A stretch of DNA of 64,000 nucleotides from Actinomycetes bacterium (lineage in GTDB: Bacteria > Actinomycetota > Thermoleophilia > BMS3ABIN01). Below are positions 1 to 10,012 of the stretch, piece after piece (within the stretch, counting starts at the first letter, position 1; every line of letters begins with the position of its first letter). The notes below the pieces were generated by a model that was not told the origin of the DNA, made no database searches, and was given only the letters and a program-made list of their open reading frames with translations. The translations under genes were made by a program, and so were the position numbers. Location of the stretch: assembly GCA_021791195.1 (NCBI GenBank), contig JAJYXB010000022.1:80245-144244 (forward strand), in the 5' to 3' direction.

Positions 1-2
1 GG

Positions 3-3000
3 CTGGAGAAATCACAGGCCAAGGAGCGGCGCTTCCACCTGACGCTGCTGGCCCGGAACAATGCCGGCTATCACAACCTCATCCAGATCACTTCCCGGGG
101 CTTCCTGGAAGGCTATTACTACAAGCCGCGGATCGACCTCGATGTTCTGCGCGAGCACGCCGAAGGGATCATCTGCCTTACCGGCTGCCTCAACAGCCGC
201 GTCTGCCACCGGCTCTACAGCGGCGATTACGACGGCGCCGTGCAGGAAGTCCGGGATCTGCAGGAAATATTCGGCGACGAAAATGTCTACATCGAGATCC
301 AGGCGCACGGCCTGCCCGAACAGGAGAAAGTAAATCCGCTGCTGATCAGGCTGGCGGCGGATGTCGGCCGGCCGCTGGTGGCCACCAACGACGTCCATTA
401 CCTCCGGAAGGAAGACGCCGTCAGCCATGACGCCCTGCTCTGCATCCAGACCGGCAGCACGCTGCTGGATGCCGACCGGCTCAAGTTCCAGGGCGAGGAG
501 TTTTACCTCAAAAGCCGCGAGGAGATGGAGGCGGCGCTGCCGCAGGCGCCCGGGGCGATCGTGAGCACCGCCGAGATCGCCGCGCGCTGCAACGTGGAGA
601 TGGAATTTGGCAAGATCTATCTGCCCGTCTACCAATCGCCGGATGGTTTGACCGGCGATGACTATCTGCGGCAGCTGTGCGAGGAAGGATTTGGGCGGCG
701 TTTCGGGCAGCAGCCGGAAGCGGCCGCCGCCGCCCGCGAGCGGCTGGAAACCGAGCTGGCGACGATCAGCGAGATGGGCTTTGCTTCCTACTTCCTGATA
801 GTGTGGGATTTTGTCAAGTACGCCAGGGACAACGACATCGCCGTCGGCCCCGGCCGCGGTTCGGCGGCCGGCAGCATCGTCGCCTTCTGCCTCGGCATCA
901 CCGATGTCGACCCGCTGAAGTACGACCTGCTGTTCGAGCGCTTTCTCAATCCCAGCCGGCGCACGATGCCGGATATCGATATCGATTTCTCGCCGGAAGA
1001 CCGCGAGAAAGTGATCGCGTATGTGGCCGAGCGCTACGGCCGCCAGAACGTGGCCCAGATCATCACCTTCGGTTCCTTTGCCGCCCGCGGCGGCACGCGG
1101 GATGCCGGCCGCGTCCTGGGCGTGCCCTACGGTGCGGTTGACAGGGTCGCCAAACTGATACCCGAAGGGCCCGGCGTCACGTTCGCGGAATGTCTCCGGC
1201 CGGGCCAGGAGCTGCGTGATGCCTATGACGCGGAGGAGCAGACCAAGCAGATCGTCGACCTGGGGATGTTCCTGGAGGGGATGGTGCGCCACGACGGCAT
1301 CCATGCGGCGGCAGTGGTCATCTCCGACCGGCCGCTCACCAACCACCTGCCGCTGCAGCAGAAGGGACGCGACGCCGAGGTCGTCACCCAGTTCGCGATG
1401 GAAGACGTCGAGGCGCTTGGCCTGCTGAAGATGGATTTCCTCGGCCTGCGCAACCTCGATATTATCAAGGCGGCGGTGCGGCTGATCGCCGCCAACCACG
1501 ATGTCCGCATCGACCCCGGCGCTATCCCGCTCGATGACGCCCGGACCTATGAGATGCTCAGCCGCGGGCAGAGCGACGCGGTGTTCCAGTTCGAGAGCGC
1601 GGGGATGAAAGATTCGCTCCGGCTGGTGGCGCCGACGCGGTTCGAGGACCTGGTGGCCATCGTGGCGCTTTACCGGCCCGGGCCGATGGCGCAGATCCCC
1701 GAGTTCGCCCGCAACAAGAAGAATCCCGATTCGATCGTCTACGACGACCCGCGCCTGGAACCGATCCTGGAACCGACGTACGGCGTCGCCATCTATCAGG
1801 AACAGCTGATGGAGATCGCCAAGCAGATCGCCGGCTTCACGCCGGCCGAAGCCGATGACCTGCGCAAGGGCATCGCCAAGAAAAAGCACGAAGTGCTGGC
1901 GAAACTGAAGGACAAGTTCCTTGCCGGCTGCGGCGCCAATGACGTTAGCGGCCAGGTGGCCCGCAAGCTCTGGGGGAACATGGAGGCCGCCGGCGATTAT
2001 TCCTTCAACAAGTCGCACGCGGTCGGCTACGCGCTGATCGCTTACCAGACCGCCTATCTGAAGGCCAACTACCCGCGCGAATACATGGCGGCGACGATCT
2101 CCAGCGTCATGACCACCAAGGACAAGGTGCCCTTCTATGTCAACGCATGTGCGGCGATGGGCATCGAGGTGCTGCCGCCGGATGTCAATGAGAGCGGAAG
2201 TGACTTCACCGTTGTTGATGACAGGATACGTTTTGGTTTGACCGCGGTAAAGAATGTTGGTTCAACGGTGATCGCGGCGATCGTCGCGGCCCGCGAGCAG
2301 GGCGGTCCCTTCAGCTCGATATATGATTTCTGCCGCCGGGTCGATTCCCGGCCCCTGAATAAAAAAGCCCTGGAAAGCCTGATAAAATGCGGCGCCCTGG
2401 ATTCCACCGGCGCCAGCCGCCAGGGCATGCTCAAGGTGATGGGGCAGGCGCTGTCGATGGGGGCGCAGAGCCAGCAGGACAGCGCCCACGGGCAGGCTTC
2501 GATCTTTGACATCGGCGGGGAAGAGAGCTCGCACGAGGCTGCCGATCCGGCGATATCCGCCGATGAATTCGAGCCGGAGATCCTGATGCGGCTGGAGAAG
2601 GAGACTCTCGGGCTGTATGTTTCCAGCCACCCCCTGAGGGACCTGCAGCCCCAGCTGGAAGCCGTCGCGGCGCAGTCGACGGCGGCGCTGAAGGAGGCGC
2701 GTGACCGCGCCAGCGTCACCATCGGCGGCCTGGTAACCACCGTGAAGCGGCTGACCACCAAGAAAGGCGATGTGATGGCGTTTGTCACGGTGGAGGACCT
2801 GGAAGGCAGCGTCGAAGTGGTTGTTTTCAGCGACCTGTTTTCCCGCTGCCGCGAGCTGCTGGTCGAGGACCGCGTGGTGGTCATCCGCGGCAAAGTCGAT
2901 CACAAGGATGAAGGGGACGTGAAGATCGTCGCGGCTGACATCGAGGAGCTGCGGGCGGCGCCGCCGTCTGGCGGCGGCGGGAGCGGCGATGCGGCGCCGG

Positions 3001-3245
3001 ACGGCCGGACCCAGCTGACTCTGCGGCTCGAACTTGCTAATATCAAGCCTGAGCTGCTGGTCAATATGAAGGATATCTGCCGCAGCAATCCCGGCGGCGT
3101 GCCGGTCATCCTGAGCATGCGCACCGACGATGGCGTGCGGAAACTCCAGCTGGGACAGGAATTCAGGGTCGAACCCGGCAGCGATTTCATCAAGGGCATG
3201 AAAAGCCTGCTGGGCGCCGACGGGGTTCAGCTAAGCGACGCCTAG
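3..3245 (+). CDS. dnaE: DNA polymerase III alpha subunit (5' end outside window)
   Basis: Frame is open from position 3 (..FHLTLLARN..GYYYKPRID, PHP domain); motifs GPGRGSAAGS, MPDIDIDF, KMDFLGL, FNKSH; C-terminal OB fold. Confidence 0.97.
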   Translation: MEKSQAKERRFHLTLLARNNAGYHNLIQITSRGFLEGYYYKPRIDLDVLREHAEGIICLTGCLNSRVCHRLYSGDYDGAVQEVRDLQEIFGDENVYIEIQAHGLPEQEKVNPLLIRLAADVGRPLVATNDVHYLRKEDAVSHDALLCIQTGSTLLDADRLKFQGEEFYLKSREEMEAALPQAPGAIVSTAEIAARCNVEMEFGKIYLPVYQSPDGLTGDDYLRQLCEEGFGRRFGQQPEAAAAARERLETELATISEMGFASYFLIVWDFVKYARDNDIAVGPGRGSAAGSIVAFCLGITDVDPLKYDLLFERFLNPSRRTMPDIDIDFSPEDREKVIAYVAERYGRQNVAQIITFGSFAARGGTRDAGRVLGVPYGAVDRVAKLIPEGPGVTFAECLRPGQELRDAYDAEEQTKQIVDLGMFLEGMVRHDGIHAAAVVISDRPLTNHLPLQQKGRDAEVVTQFAMEDVEALGLLKMDFLGLRNLDIIKAAVRLIAANHDVRIDPGAIPLDDARTYEMLSRGQSDAVFQFESAGMKDSLRLVAPTRFEDLVAIVALYRPGPMAQIPEFARNKKNPDSIVYDDPRLEPILEPTYGVAIYQEQLMEIAKQIAGFTPAEADDLRKGIAKKKHEVLAKLKDKFLAGCGANDVSGQVARKLWGNMEAAGDYSFNKSHAVGYALIAYQTAYLKANYPREYMAATISSVMTTKDKVPFYVNACAAMGIEVLPPDVNESGSDFTVVDDRIRFGLTAVKNVGSTVIAAIVAAREQGGPFSSIYDFCRRVDSRPLNKKALESLIKCGALDSTGASRQGMLKVMGQALSMGAQSQQDSAHGQASIFDIGGEESSHEAADPAISADEFEPEILMRLEKETLGLYVSSHPLRDLQPQLEAVAAQSTAALKEARDRASVTIGGLVTTVKRLTTKKGDVMAFVTVEDLEGSVEVVVFSDLFSRCRELLVEDRVVVIRGKVDHKDEGDVKIVAADIEELRAAPPSGGGGSGDAAPDGRTQLTLRLELANIKPELLVNMKDICRSNPGGVPVILSMRTDDGVRKLQLGQEFRVEPGSDFIKGMKSLLGADGVQLSDA

Positions 3246-3300
3246 GGCATATATTGGGCAGGAAGCCGGGGCGCGCTCGCCGCCGGCACTGGAAAACGCC

Positions 3301-3732
3301 ATGCAGGATATGATAGCTTCCCTTCTTACGGAAGAGCCCGACCGGGGAGAGACTTTGCCCACAGCCCAAGAAGCATTGAACGAACTCCTGGAGATGTCAG
3401 CCAGCATCCGCCAGGCCGTGCTGGTGCGCGGTGAGGACGAGGTGCTGGCCAGCACATTCGCCGCCAGGGAGGCGGAGGGCACGATGGTCAGGATTGCCCG
3501 CGAGATGCTGGACGCCGCGCGGTCGGAATCCGGGGCGATGGGACGCACGGGGCTCAGCCAGCTGTTCGTGGATACCGCCTCGGGCTGCGTTTTTATCGTG
3601 GCGGGAGACAGGGACACGTGGCTGGCTGCCACAACCGGGGCCGAGCCTACCGTGGGCCTGGTGCTCTATGATGTCAACACGGCGCTCCGGACCGCCCTCG
3701 AGGGCGAGGCCGGCGGCGAATACTCCAAATAG
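3301..3732 (+). CDS. Roadblock/LC7 (MglB-like) domain protein
   Basis: About 140 aa with a roadblock-like pattern (helix, AVLV strand, helix, three strands, VGLVLYDV helix); start uncertain. Confidence 0.6.
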   Translation: MQDMIASLLTEEPDRGETLPTAQEALNELLEMSASIRQAVLVRGEDEVLASTFAAREAEGTMVRIAREMLDAARSESGAMGRTGLSQLFVDTASGCVFIVAGDRDTWLAATTGAEPTVGLVLYDVNTALRTALEGEAGGEYSK

Positions 3733-3740
3733 GAGCGAGC

Positions 3741-3950
3741 ATGGCCAGAGGAAGATTCTTCTTTACCAGTTTTCTGCTTTCGGCGGCGTCGGCTCTGGGC
3801 ATCACCTATCTGCTTGGAAAAGTGCGCCGGCAGCCACGGGTGGAGCTCTACTACGATGACGGATCGATGCTGGCGATCAGCAACAAGAGTTCCGAGCTGT
3901 CAGTCCGGCTTACCTCCCTGGCGGACGAGCTGCTGAAACAGGCGCTCTAG
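3741..3950 (+). CDS. small hypothetical protein with N-terminal hydrophobic segment
   Basis: AGGAG SD before ATG; 9 nt after the previous stop; host-like codon usage. Confidence 0.65.
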   Translation: MARGRFFFTSFLLSAASALGITYLLGKVRRQPRVELYYDDGSMLAISNKSSELSVRLTSLADELLKQAL

Positions 3951-6184
3951 GAGCCGGGCCGCAGGCTCCGCCGCTGGCCGCTTTTCGCCTGCAGCTTTTC
4001 CAGGACGGCCCGGCGCAGCTCGGCCATCCCGGCCGCCGGGGCCGGATCGCCGGCCGGTGAATCCGCTGCTCCATCTTTCCTGCGCCGGTAACGAATCTCT
4101 TCCACCTGCCGCGACATCAGGGAGAACTCCTCCGCACTCAGCCAGTATGAAACCCGGGCGGAGAATCCCCTGATAGTCTCTTCCTCATGCCGCCTCATGC
4201 CATGCTCGTCGAGCGCGGCCACCAGGGCCAGATAATCCTTCAGCAGCGGCTCGCGCAGGAAGTCGGGGCCCAGCATGGCGGCCAGCAGTCTGCGCCGCCG
4301 CCGCCGGCGCACCGCCAGCCGGCCCAGCCGCCAGGCGGCCATGGCCGCCAGCAGGATCGCCAGACCCGCCACCACCAGCAACACCACCGGCAGCGGCCGG
4401 GAAAGATTCGCCGCCGCCGCCAGGCCGCCCGTCATGCCGCCCAGCATCGTTCCCACGGGTCCGCTGGCCAGTGCCCCGCCGATATAGGAGAAGATGCGCG
4501 CCACCGGCCAGCTGCTTTCTCCGGCGGCCGCAGCCGGACCGTCATAGCCGGGCGTGGGATCGAAGGGGACCCAGCCGGCGGTGCCAAAATAGATCTCGAC
4601 CCAGGCGTGAGCATCGCTTTCCCTGATCTCCCAGAGTCCGGTGAACGGGTTGTAGCTGCCGCCGGCGTAACCCGTGACCACCCGTGCCGGGATGCCGATG
4701 CTCCGGGCCATCACCGCCATGGCGGAGGCAAAATGCTCGCAGTAGCCGGCGCGCTGCTCGAACAGGAAATATGCCACCGCGTCCATGCCTCTGGTTTGCG
4801 GCGGCACATTCAGATCATAGGGATAATTGTCTTTCAGGTAGAGTTCGATGGCGAGCGCCTGATCGTAACGATTCTGGTAGTTCCGGGTCACCTGGCGCGC
4901 GAGGGCCTGGACCCGTTGCAGATCGGGGTCATCCGGCAGCCGGGTGTACTCGGCTGCGGGCTGCGGGTCGGCCGGGCGGGGGTAGTGGCGCAGCAGGACC
5001 GGATCGTACACCGGGGCCTCTGTCATCACCGAATAAACCGTATCGCTGGTGAGCGGAAAGGGGCTCCTGAGGCTGCCGTAGCTGTCGATCTTGATGCGGC
5101 TGGCGGGAAAATAGAGCGATACCGGCTTCCAGCTGGAGAAGATGATGTTGGGCAGATCGGATTCGATGTAAAAAGTCTCCAGCCTGCTGTTGACGTTAAG
5201 GCCGCTGGCGGCGTGTGTCTTCAGGTCCAGCGGCGGCGTATCGGTGCTCACGTCGGTCGTCTGGTCGGAGCTGATCTCCCAGCCTTTGCCGTTATAGCGG
5301 TCGAAGACGACGCCGCGGTAATAATCGGAGGTGTCGGAGCGGACCTTCATGACGATGTTGTCGCTCAGCTGGCCGCGGGCGCGCAGATCCATGTACTGGT
5401 TGAAGCCGTAGTAGGAGTTGGCATCGAACTGCGGCGGTCCCGAAAACGGACTCCCCTTGGAATATGATGGATTGTCAATCCTGCTCGTGAAATCGCCCGC
5501 GATCTGCCTGAAGCTGGACAGTGGCAGCGAATGCAGGCGCGCCTGCGTCGACTGCGGCAGCAGCAGCAGCACCGGTATGGCCACACACAGGCTCACGAAC
5601 CAGACGAGGGCGCCATAAACGAGCATCGTGACCGGCCGCGCCGGCTGCGCCGCGCTGACGTCCGCCTCCGCCTCGGATGCGTGCATGAACACCAGCGACA
5701 CCGCCGCGGCCAGGCTGAAGAGGATGAAACCGGCGGCGTACATCATGCCGGTGGACAGCACAGCGCCGGCGGCGATTAGGACCAGGCCGCTTCCCAGCGA
5801 GAACTTGAGGTCCTTGCGCGCGGGCAGGTCGAATGAATGCAGCACCTGCAGCCACAGCAGCAGTTTGATCAGCGGCAGGCGCGTGTCATACAGGCTGGCC
5901 GCCAGATCATGGAAGAACATCACCGCGGCGATGATGACCAGGAAGGAAAGGATCGCCTTCGCCGGCAGGTTCCTCTGTGCGCGCATGCGCCAGCTGAAAG
6001 CAAAACCCGCCGCGGTCAGCGCCGGCACGGCCAGCACTGTCAGCGGGCTGTAATAGCCCATCGCCAGCACGGTGATCTCGGCTGTGAAGATGCTGGCCAG
6101 CACGCTCAGCCGCAGCGGCAGGCTGTTCTCCGGCGGCCGCTTGGGATTCAGGCGGCTGAACCAGTCTAAAAGTCTGCCAGGCAT
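3947..6184 (-). CDS. membrane transglutaminase-domain protein (TgpA-like, DUF3488 + transglutaminase)
   Basis: N-terminal TM helices; catalytic GYCEHFA, HAWVE, WVPFDPTP; likely start MPGRLL at 6184 overlapping the DUF58 stop. Confidence 0.9.
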   Translation of the reverse strand: MPGRLLDWFSRLNPKRPPENSLPLRLSVLASIFTAEITVLAMGYYSPLTVLAVPALTAAGFAFSWRMRAQRNLPAKAILSFLVIIAAVMFFHDLAASLYDTRLPLIKLLLWLQVLHSFDLPARKDLKFSLGSGLVLIAAGAVLSTGMMYAAGFILFSLAAAVSLVFMHASEAEADVSAAQPARPVTMLVYGALVWFVSLCVAIPVLLLLPQSTQARLHSLPLSSFRQIAGDFTSRIDNPSYSKGSPFSGPPQFDANSYYGFNQYMDLRARGQLSDNIVMKVRSDTSDYYRGVVFDRYNGKGWEISSDQTTDVSTDTPPLDLKTHAASGLNVNSRLETFYIESDLPNIIFSSWKPVSLYFPASRIKIDSYGSLRSPFPLTSDTVYSVMTEAPVYDPVLLRHYPRPADPQPAAEYTRLPDDPDLQRVQALARQVTRNYQNRYDQALAIELYLKDNYPYDLNVPPQTRGMDAVAYFLFEQRAGYCEHFASAMAVMARSIGIPARVVTGYAGGSYNPFTGLWEIRESDAHAWVEIYFGTAGWVPFDPTPGYDGPAAAAGESSWPVARIFSYIGGALASGPVGTMLGGMTGGLAAAANLSRPLPVVLLVVAGLAILLAAMAAWRLGRLAVRRRRRRRLLAAMLGPDFLREPLLKDYLALVAALDEHGMRRHEEETIRGFSARVSYWLSAEEFSLMSRQVEEIRYRRRKDGAADSPAGDPAPAAGMAELRRAVLEKLQAKSGQRRSLRPGS

Positions 6185-7362
6185 GCAAGCGCCTCTTCTT
6201 CCGAGCCGGCCAGAAGCATGTCGCCGCCGCCGGCGCCGATGGCCAGCGCCAGCCGGTCGAGCTCGCGGCTGTCGAGGAAATGGGTATGTGCCAGCGGATC
6301 GTGTGTGAAGCGGCGTCCGTCCAGCATGATGACGATCGCCTGCGGATGCGCCGCCAGAAACTCGCTCTCGTGCAAGCGCGCGTATGCGCGGGAGCTGGGA
6401 AGAATTAGCACCGGCGTCGTCTCCGGCCACGGCAGCCCTTCGCCCGAGAGGTCGAGGGAAACCTCAGCGTCCGGCCGCACCCCTGCCAGCCAGAGCATCG
6501 CCGGCCCGGGTTCGTGGCCCAGTCCGGCTTCAGCCGCACCACGCGGCGAGGCGCCGATGGCGAAGCGGCGGCTGCCGGCAGCTTCGCGCTGGACCAGGGA
6601 TGCGGCCAGCGATACCGCCGTCTCGAAGGAAGTGGTGTCGAACCCGCCGGGACCGCCGAATCGGTCCAGGATGAAAACCGGGCTGGTGGCTGTCTGCCGG
6701 GCGAACTCGATCACCGCCAGCTTGCCGATCCGGGCGGAGGTCGGCCAGTGAATCGAGCGCGGGCTGTCCTCCGGGCGGTAATCGCGGACACCGAGGTAAT
6801 CGCTGGCGGCGGAACGCGAAGGGGTCGTGCTGGCGGCCATGCTGCCTGAATTCCGCTGGCCGGCAGTCCAGTCTCCCGCCAGTCTGTGCCAGCGGGGATA
6901 GACTACCAGCGGGCAGTCGGTGTCGTATGAATGCCTGCCGCGCGCCAGTCCCGCGGGGGCGCTGCTGGAGACGATCACGCTTCCTCCGGGATAGACTCCG
7001 CGCCTGAGGCCGGTGAATTCCAGCTCCAGCCGGCATGACTGCCGCGGTCCCAGAAAGGGGATAAGCGCGGAGGCGGCGCCGCCGCCAAGGAAAAGGTCCA
7101 GGCGGAGGAAGAAGCGCGGCAACCGGTGTGGATTGGTGATCACGACGCGGGAGGCAAGCGTATCTTCCCGCAGGGCATGGCCGGCGCAGGACTGCGCGAG
7201 CTGAAGACGCCGGCAGTTGAGCCGGCTGAGCAGCAGCGCCATCAGGGGCATCGCCAGCAATGTTGCCGTGACCACATAAAGCCAGCCGGAGCCGACATTG
7301 AGCGCGATGATGTAAAGGGCGCCGGCGGCGGCGAGCCAGAAAAATGTCTTGCGGGTGGGCAT
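6166..7362 (-). CDS. DUF58 domain protein
   Basis: LRRG, LVVYP, GVRDYRPEDSPRSIHWPTSAR motif; lies between moxR and the transglutaminase. Confidence 0.88.
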   Translation of the reverse strand: MPTRKTFFWLAAAGALYIIALNVGSGWLYVVTATLLAMPLMALLLSRLNCRRLQLAQSCAGHALREDTLASRVVITNPHRLPRFFLRLDLFLGGGAASALIPFLGPRQSCRLELEFTGLRRGVYPGGSVIVSSSAPAGLARGRHSYDTDCPLVVYPRWHRLAGDWTAGQRNSGSMAASTTPSRSAASDYLGVRDYRPEDSPRSIHWPTSARIGKLAVIEFARQTATSPVFILDRFGGPGGFDTTSFETAVSLAASLVQREAAGSRRFAIGASPRGAAEAGLGHEPGPAMLWLAGVRPDAEVSLDLSGEGLPWPETTPVLILPSSRAYARLHESEFLAAHPQAIVIMLDGRRFTHDPLAHTHFLDSRELDRLALAIGAGGGDMLLAGSEEEALACLADF

Positions 7363-7394
7363 GGGCGCCTGCCGGGCCGGCCGGGGCCGGTGCG

Positions 7395-8417
7395 CTAGAC
7401 CGGCACCCGCCGCGAGGCGACGATGCCGGACACCAGCTCCGCCGCCGCCTCACCCCGGAGCGCGGTTCTGTGTTTGAGGACGAGACGGTGCGCCAGCACC
7501 GGCACCGCGGCCCGCTGCACATCGTCCGGGATGACATAATCGCGGCCGTCGGCCAGGGCCAGACCCTGGCAGGTGCGCACCAGCGCCACCGAAGCCCGCG
7601 GAGACGCGCCCTGCAGCACTTCGGCATGGCTGCGGGTCGCGGCGACCACGTCCAGCGCATAGCCGAGCACGTTCTCCGCCACGTCCACGCGGCGCACGGC
7701 CGCCTGCAGCAGCGCTATCTGGCGGGCGTCGACTACCGGTTCGAGGCTGTCGAGCGGGTGCGCCAGCAACTGATCCCGGACCAGGCGCCGCTCGCTGACC
7801 CGGTCGGGCAGGCCGACGTTGAGCGAGATCAGGAAACGGTCGGTCTGTCCCTCGGGCAGCGGGAAGGTCCCGTGCACTTCATACGGGTTCTGCGTGGCGA
7901 TGACGAAGAAGGGCACCGGCAGCGGATGGCTGGTGCGGTCGACGGTCACCTGGTTCTCGCCCATGGCCTCCAGCAGCGCCGACTGCGTCCTGGGGCTGGT
8001 GCGGTTGATCTCATCGGCGAGGACGATGTTGGCAAACAGCGGCCCCGGTGACCAGTAGAATCTCTCTTCCTTGGGGGAATAGATGTTGCTGCCGGTGATG
8101 TCGGAGGGCAGCAGGTCGGGAGTGAACTGGATGCGCGCATAGCTGGCGCTGATTGACCTGGCGATGCTTTTTGCCAGAGTGGTCTTGCCGACGCCGGGGA
8201 TGTCTTCCAGCAGCACGTGGCCGCGGCTGATGAGCGCCACCAGGACCAGGCTGATGACGTCATCCTTGCCCGCGATCACCAGTCCGATATTCCGCTTCAG
8301 CCGCGCGAATAATCCGGGCAGCTCCGCCGCGGCATGCGGATCGCTCAATGTCCCGGCCCGGGCATCCGCGTCCAGGCCGCGCACGAGCTTGGAAACCTGT
8401 CTGTTATCCTTCATCAT
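7395..8417 (-). CDS. MoxR family AAA+ ATPase
   Basis: HVLLEDIPGVGKTT, RIQFTPDLLPSD, LADEINR, ATQNP, FPLPEGQTDRF. Confidence 0.95.
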   Translation of the reverse strand: MMKDNRQVSKLVRGLDADARAGTLSDPHAAAELPGLFARLKRNIGLVIAGKDDVISLVLVALISRGHVLLEDIPGVGKTTLAKSIARSISASYARIQFTPDLLPSDITGSNIYSPKEERFYWSPGPLFANIVLADEINRTSPRTQSALLEAMGENQVTVDRTSHPLPVPFFVIATQNPYEVHGTFPLPEGQTDRFLISLNVGLPDRVSERRLVRDQLLAHPLDSLEPVVDARQIALLQAAVRRVDVAENVLGYALDVVAATRSHAEVLQGASPRASVALVRTCQGLALADGRDYVIPDDVQRAAVPVLAHRLVLKHRTALRGEAAAELVSGIVASRRVPV

Positions 8418-8623
8418 TTTGCCCCAAAGGTAGGGATGGTGGCGGGCCTGATCCTGCCGCCCGCATTTGCCGCCGCCGGGATAGCACTCTTTAATCTCTA
8501 TCGACCCCGGGCGGCGGGATTTTTAGCGCTCCGGGACGGGCGGATATTCGGCTCTTGCCTTCCGCGTGTTATAAGATGAGCGCTTGCGGTAAGAATATGC
8601 TGATCAAGCATCGCGGAGGACCT

Positions 8624-10012
8624 TTGCTGCTGGACGAACGCCTGATCGAGAAGGCTATCGGCACCGCCCTGGAAAAGGGCGGTGAGTTCGCCGATCTCTA
8701 CGCCGAGCGCGGCTACACGACCTCCCTCAGTCTCGAGGACGACAAGCTGGAGAAGATCTCGCGCGGTATCGACGCGGGCGCCTCCATCAGGGTGGTCCGG
8801 GGCAACAGCATCTCTTTTGTCTCCACCGACCGGGTCGATGAAAAATCGCTGCTGGCCGCGGCGCGGCTGGCCGGCGAGGGAGTGCTCGGCGGCGGCGGCT
8901 CGGCGCGGGCGCTTCATGGCGTCACGGCCGGCTCGGTCCACCGGATAGAGATCGCGCCTGAGTCCGTGAGTGCTTCGGAGAAGGCGCAACTGCTCCGGGA
9001 TGCCAACGCCGCTGCCCGGGCGATGGGCTCGGAGGTCGTGCAGGTGTCGGTCGGTTTCAGCGATGAGGTCAGCGAGATCCAGATGGCGAACTCGGATGGG
9101 GAGCTGGCCCGGGAGGAGCGCGCGCGGGTGCGGCTGATCGCGCGGGTAGTCGCTGCCCGGGGCGGCGTGGTGCAAACCGGCTACGACAGCATCGGCGCCC
9201 ACCGGGGCATGGAGCTGTTCAGCGCCGGCGCCGCGCAGCAGGTCGGTGAGACCGCGGCCTCCAAGGCGATCGTCATGCTGGATTCGCGGCCGTCGCCCAG
9301 CGGCAAGATGACCGTCGTCATGCACCGCGGCTTTGGCGGCGTCCTCTTCCATGAAGCCTGCGGCCACGGCCTGGAGGCTGACGCGGTCGAGAAGGGGGCC
9401 AGCGTCTTTGCCGGACGCGTCGGCGAGCGGGTTGCCTCCGAGCTGGTGACGCTGGTGGATGATGGCAGCATCCCCAACGAATGGGGCTCCAACGCTTTTG
9501 ACGACGAGGGCGTGCCCACCAGGCGCAACATCCTGATCGAAAAAGGCATCCTCAAGGGATTTTTATACGACCGGCTGCGGGCGCGCAACGCCGGCGTGGC
9601 GCCGACCGGCAACGGCCGCCGGCAATCGTTCCGGCACCCGCCGATCCCGCGCATGACCAATACTTTCATCCTCGCCGGCGATTCGACGCCGGAGCAGATC
9701 ATCGCCGCCACCGAACGCGGTTTCTACGCCAAGACGCTCTCCGGAGGGCAGGTGGAGCCGGCCACCGGCGATTTTGTGTTCGGGGTCTCGGAAGGCTACC
9801 TGATCGAGAACGGCCGGGTGAGCTACCCGCTGCGCGGAGCGACCCTGATCGGCAACGGGTTCACGGCGCTGAGGAACGTGGACATGGTGGCGGGCGATTT
9901 CGAGATGAACATCGGCGTCTGCGGCAAGGATGGCCAGGGAGTGCCGGTGGGCAGCGGCCAGGGCACCCTCCGGATCCTGGATCTGACCGTGGGCGGGACG
10001 GAGGTCGCATGA
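8624..10012 (+). CDS. tldD: TldD metalloprotease subunit
   Basis: HEACGH zinc motif, GNGRR, PRMTNT, C-terminal CGKDGQ; start approximate (GGAGGA SD at 8615). Confidence 0.92.
   Translation: MLLDERLIEKAIGTALEKGGEFADLYAERGYTTSLSLEDDKLEKISRGIDAGASIRVVRGNSISFVSTDRVDEKSLLAAARLAGEGVLGGGGSARALHGVTAGSVHRIEIAPESVSASEKAQLLRDANAAARAMGSEVVQVSVGFSDEVSEIQMANSDGELAREERARVRLIARVVAARGGVVQTGYDSIGAHRGMELFSAGAAQQVGETAASKAIVMLDSRPSPSGKMTVVMHRGFGGVLFHEACGHGLEADAVEKGASVFAGRVGERVASELVTLVDDGSIPNEWGSNAFDDEGVPTRRNILIEKGILKGFLYDRLRARNAGVAPTGNGRRQSFRHPPIPRMTNTFILAGDSTPEQIIAATERGFYAKTLSGGQVEPATGDFVFGVSEGYLIENGRVSYPLRGATLIGNGFTALRNVDMVAGDFEMNIGVCGKDGQGVPVGSGQGTLRILDLTVGGTEVA

Noticed and set aside
12..2018. 668-aa antisense ORF and the many other long overlapping ORFs in the track
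   Set aside because: Shadow frames of real genes in high-GC DNA; no recognisable motifs.
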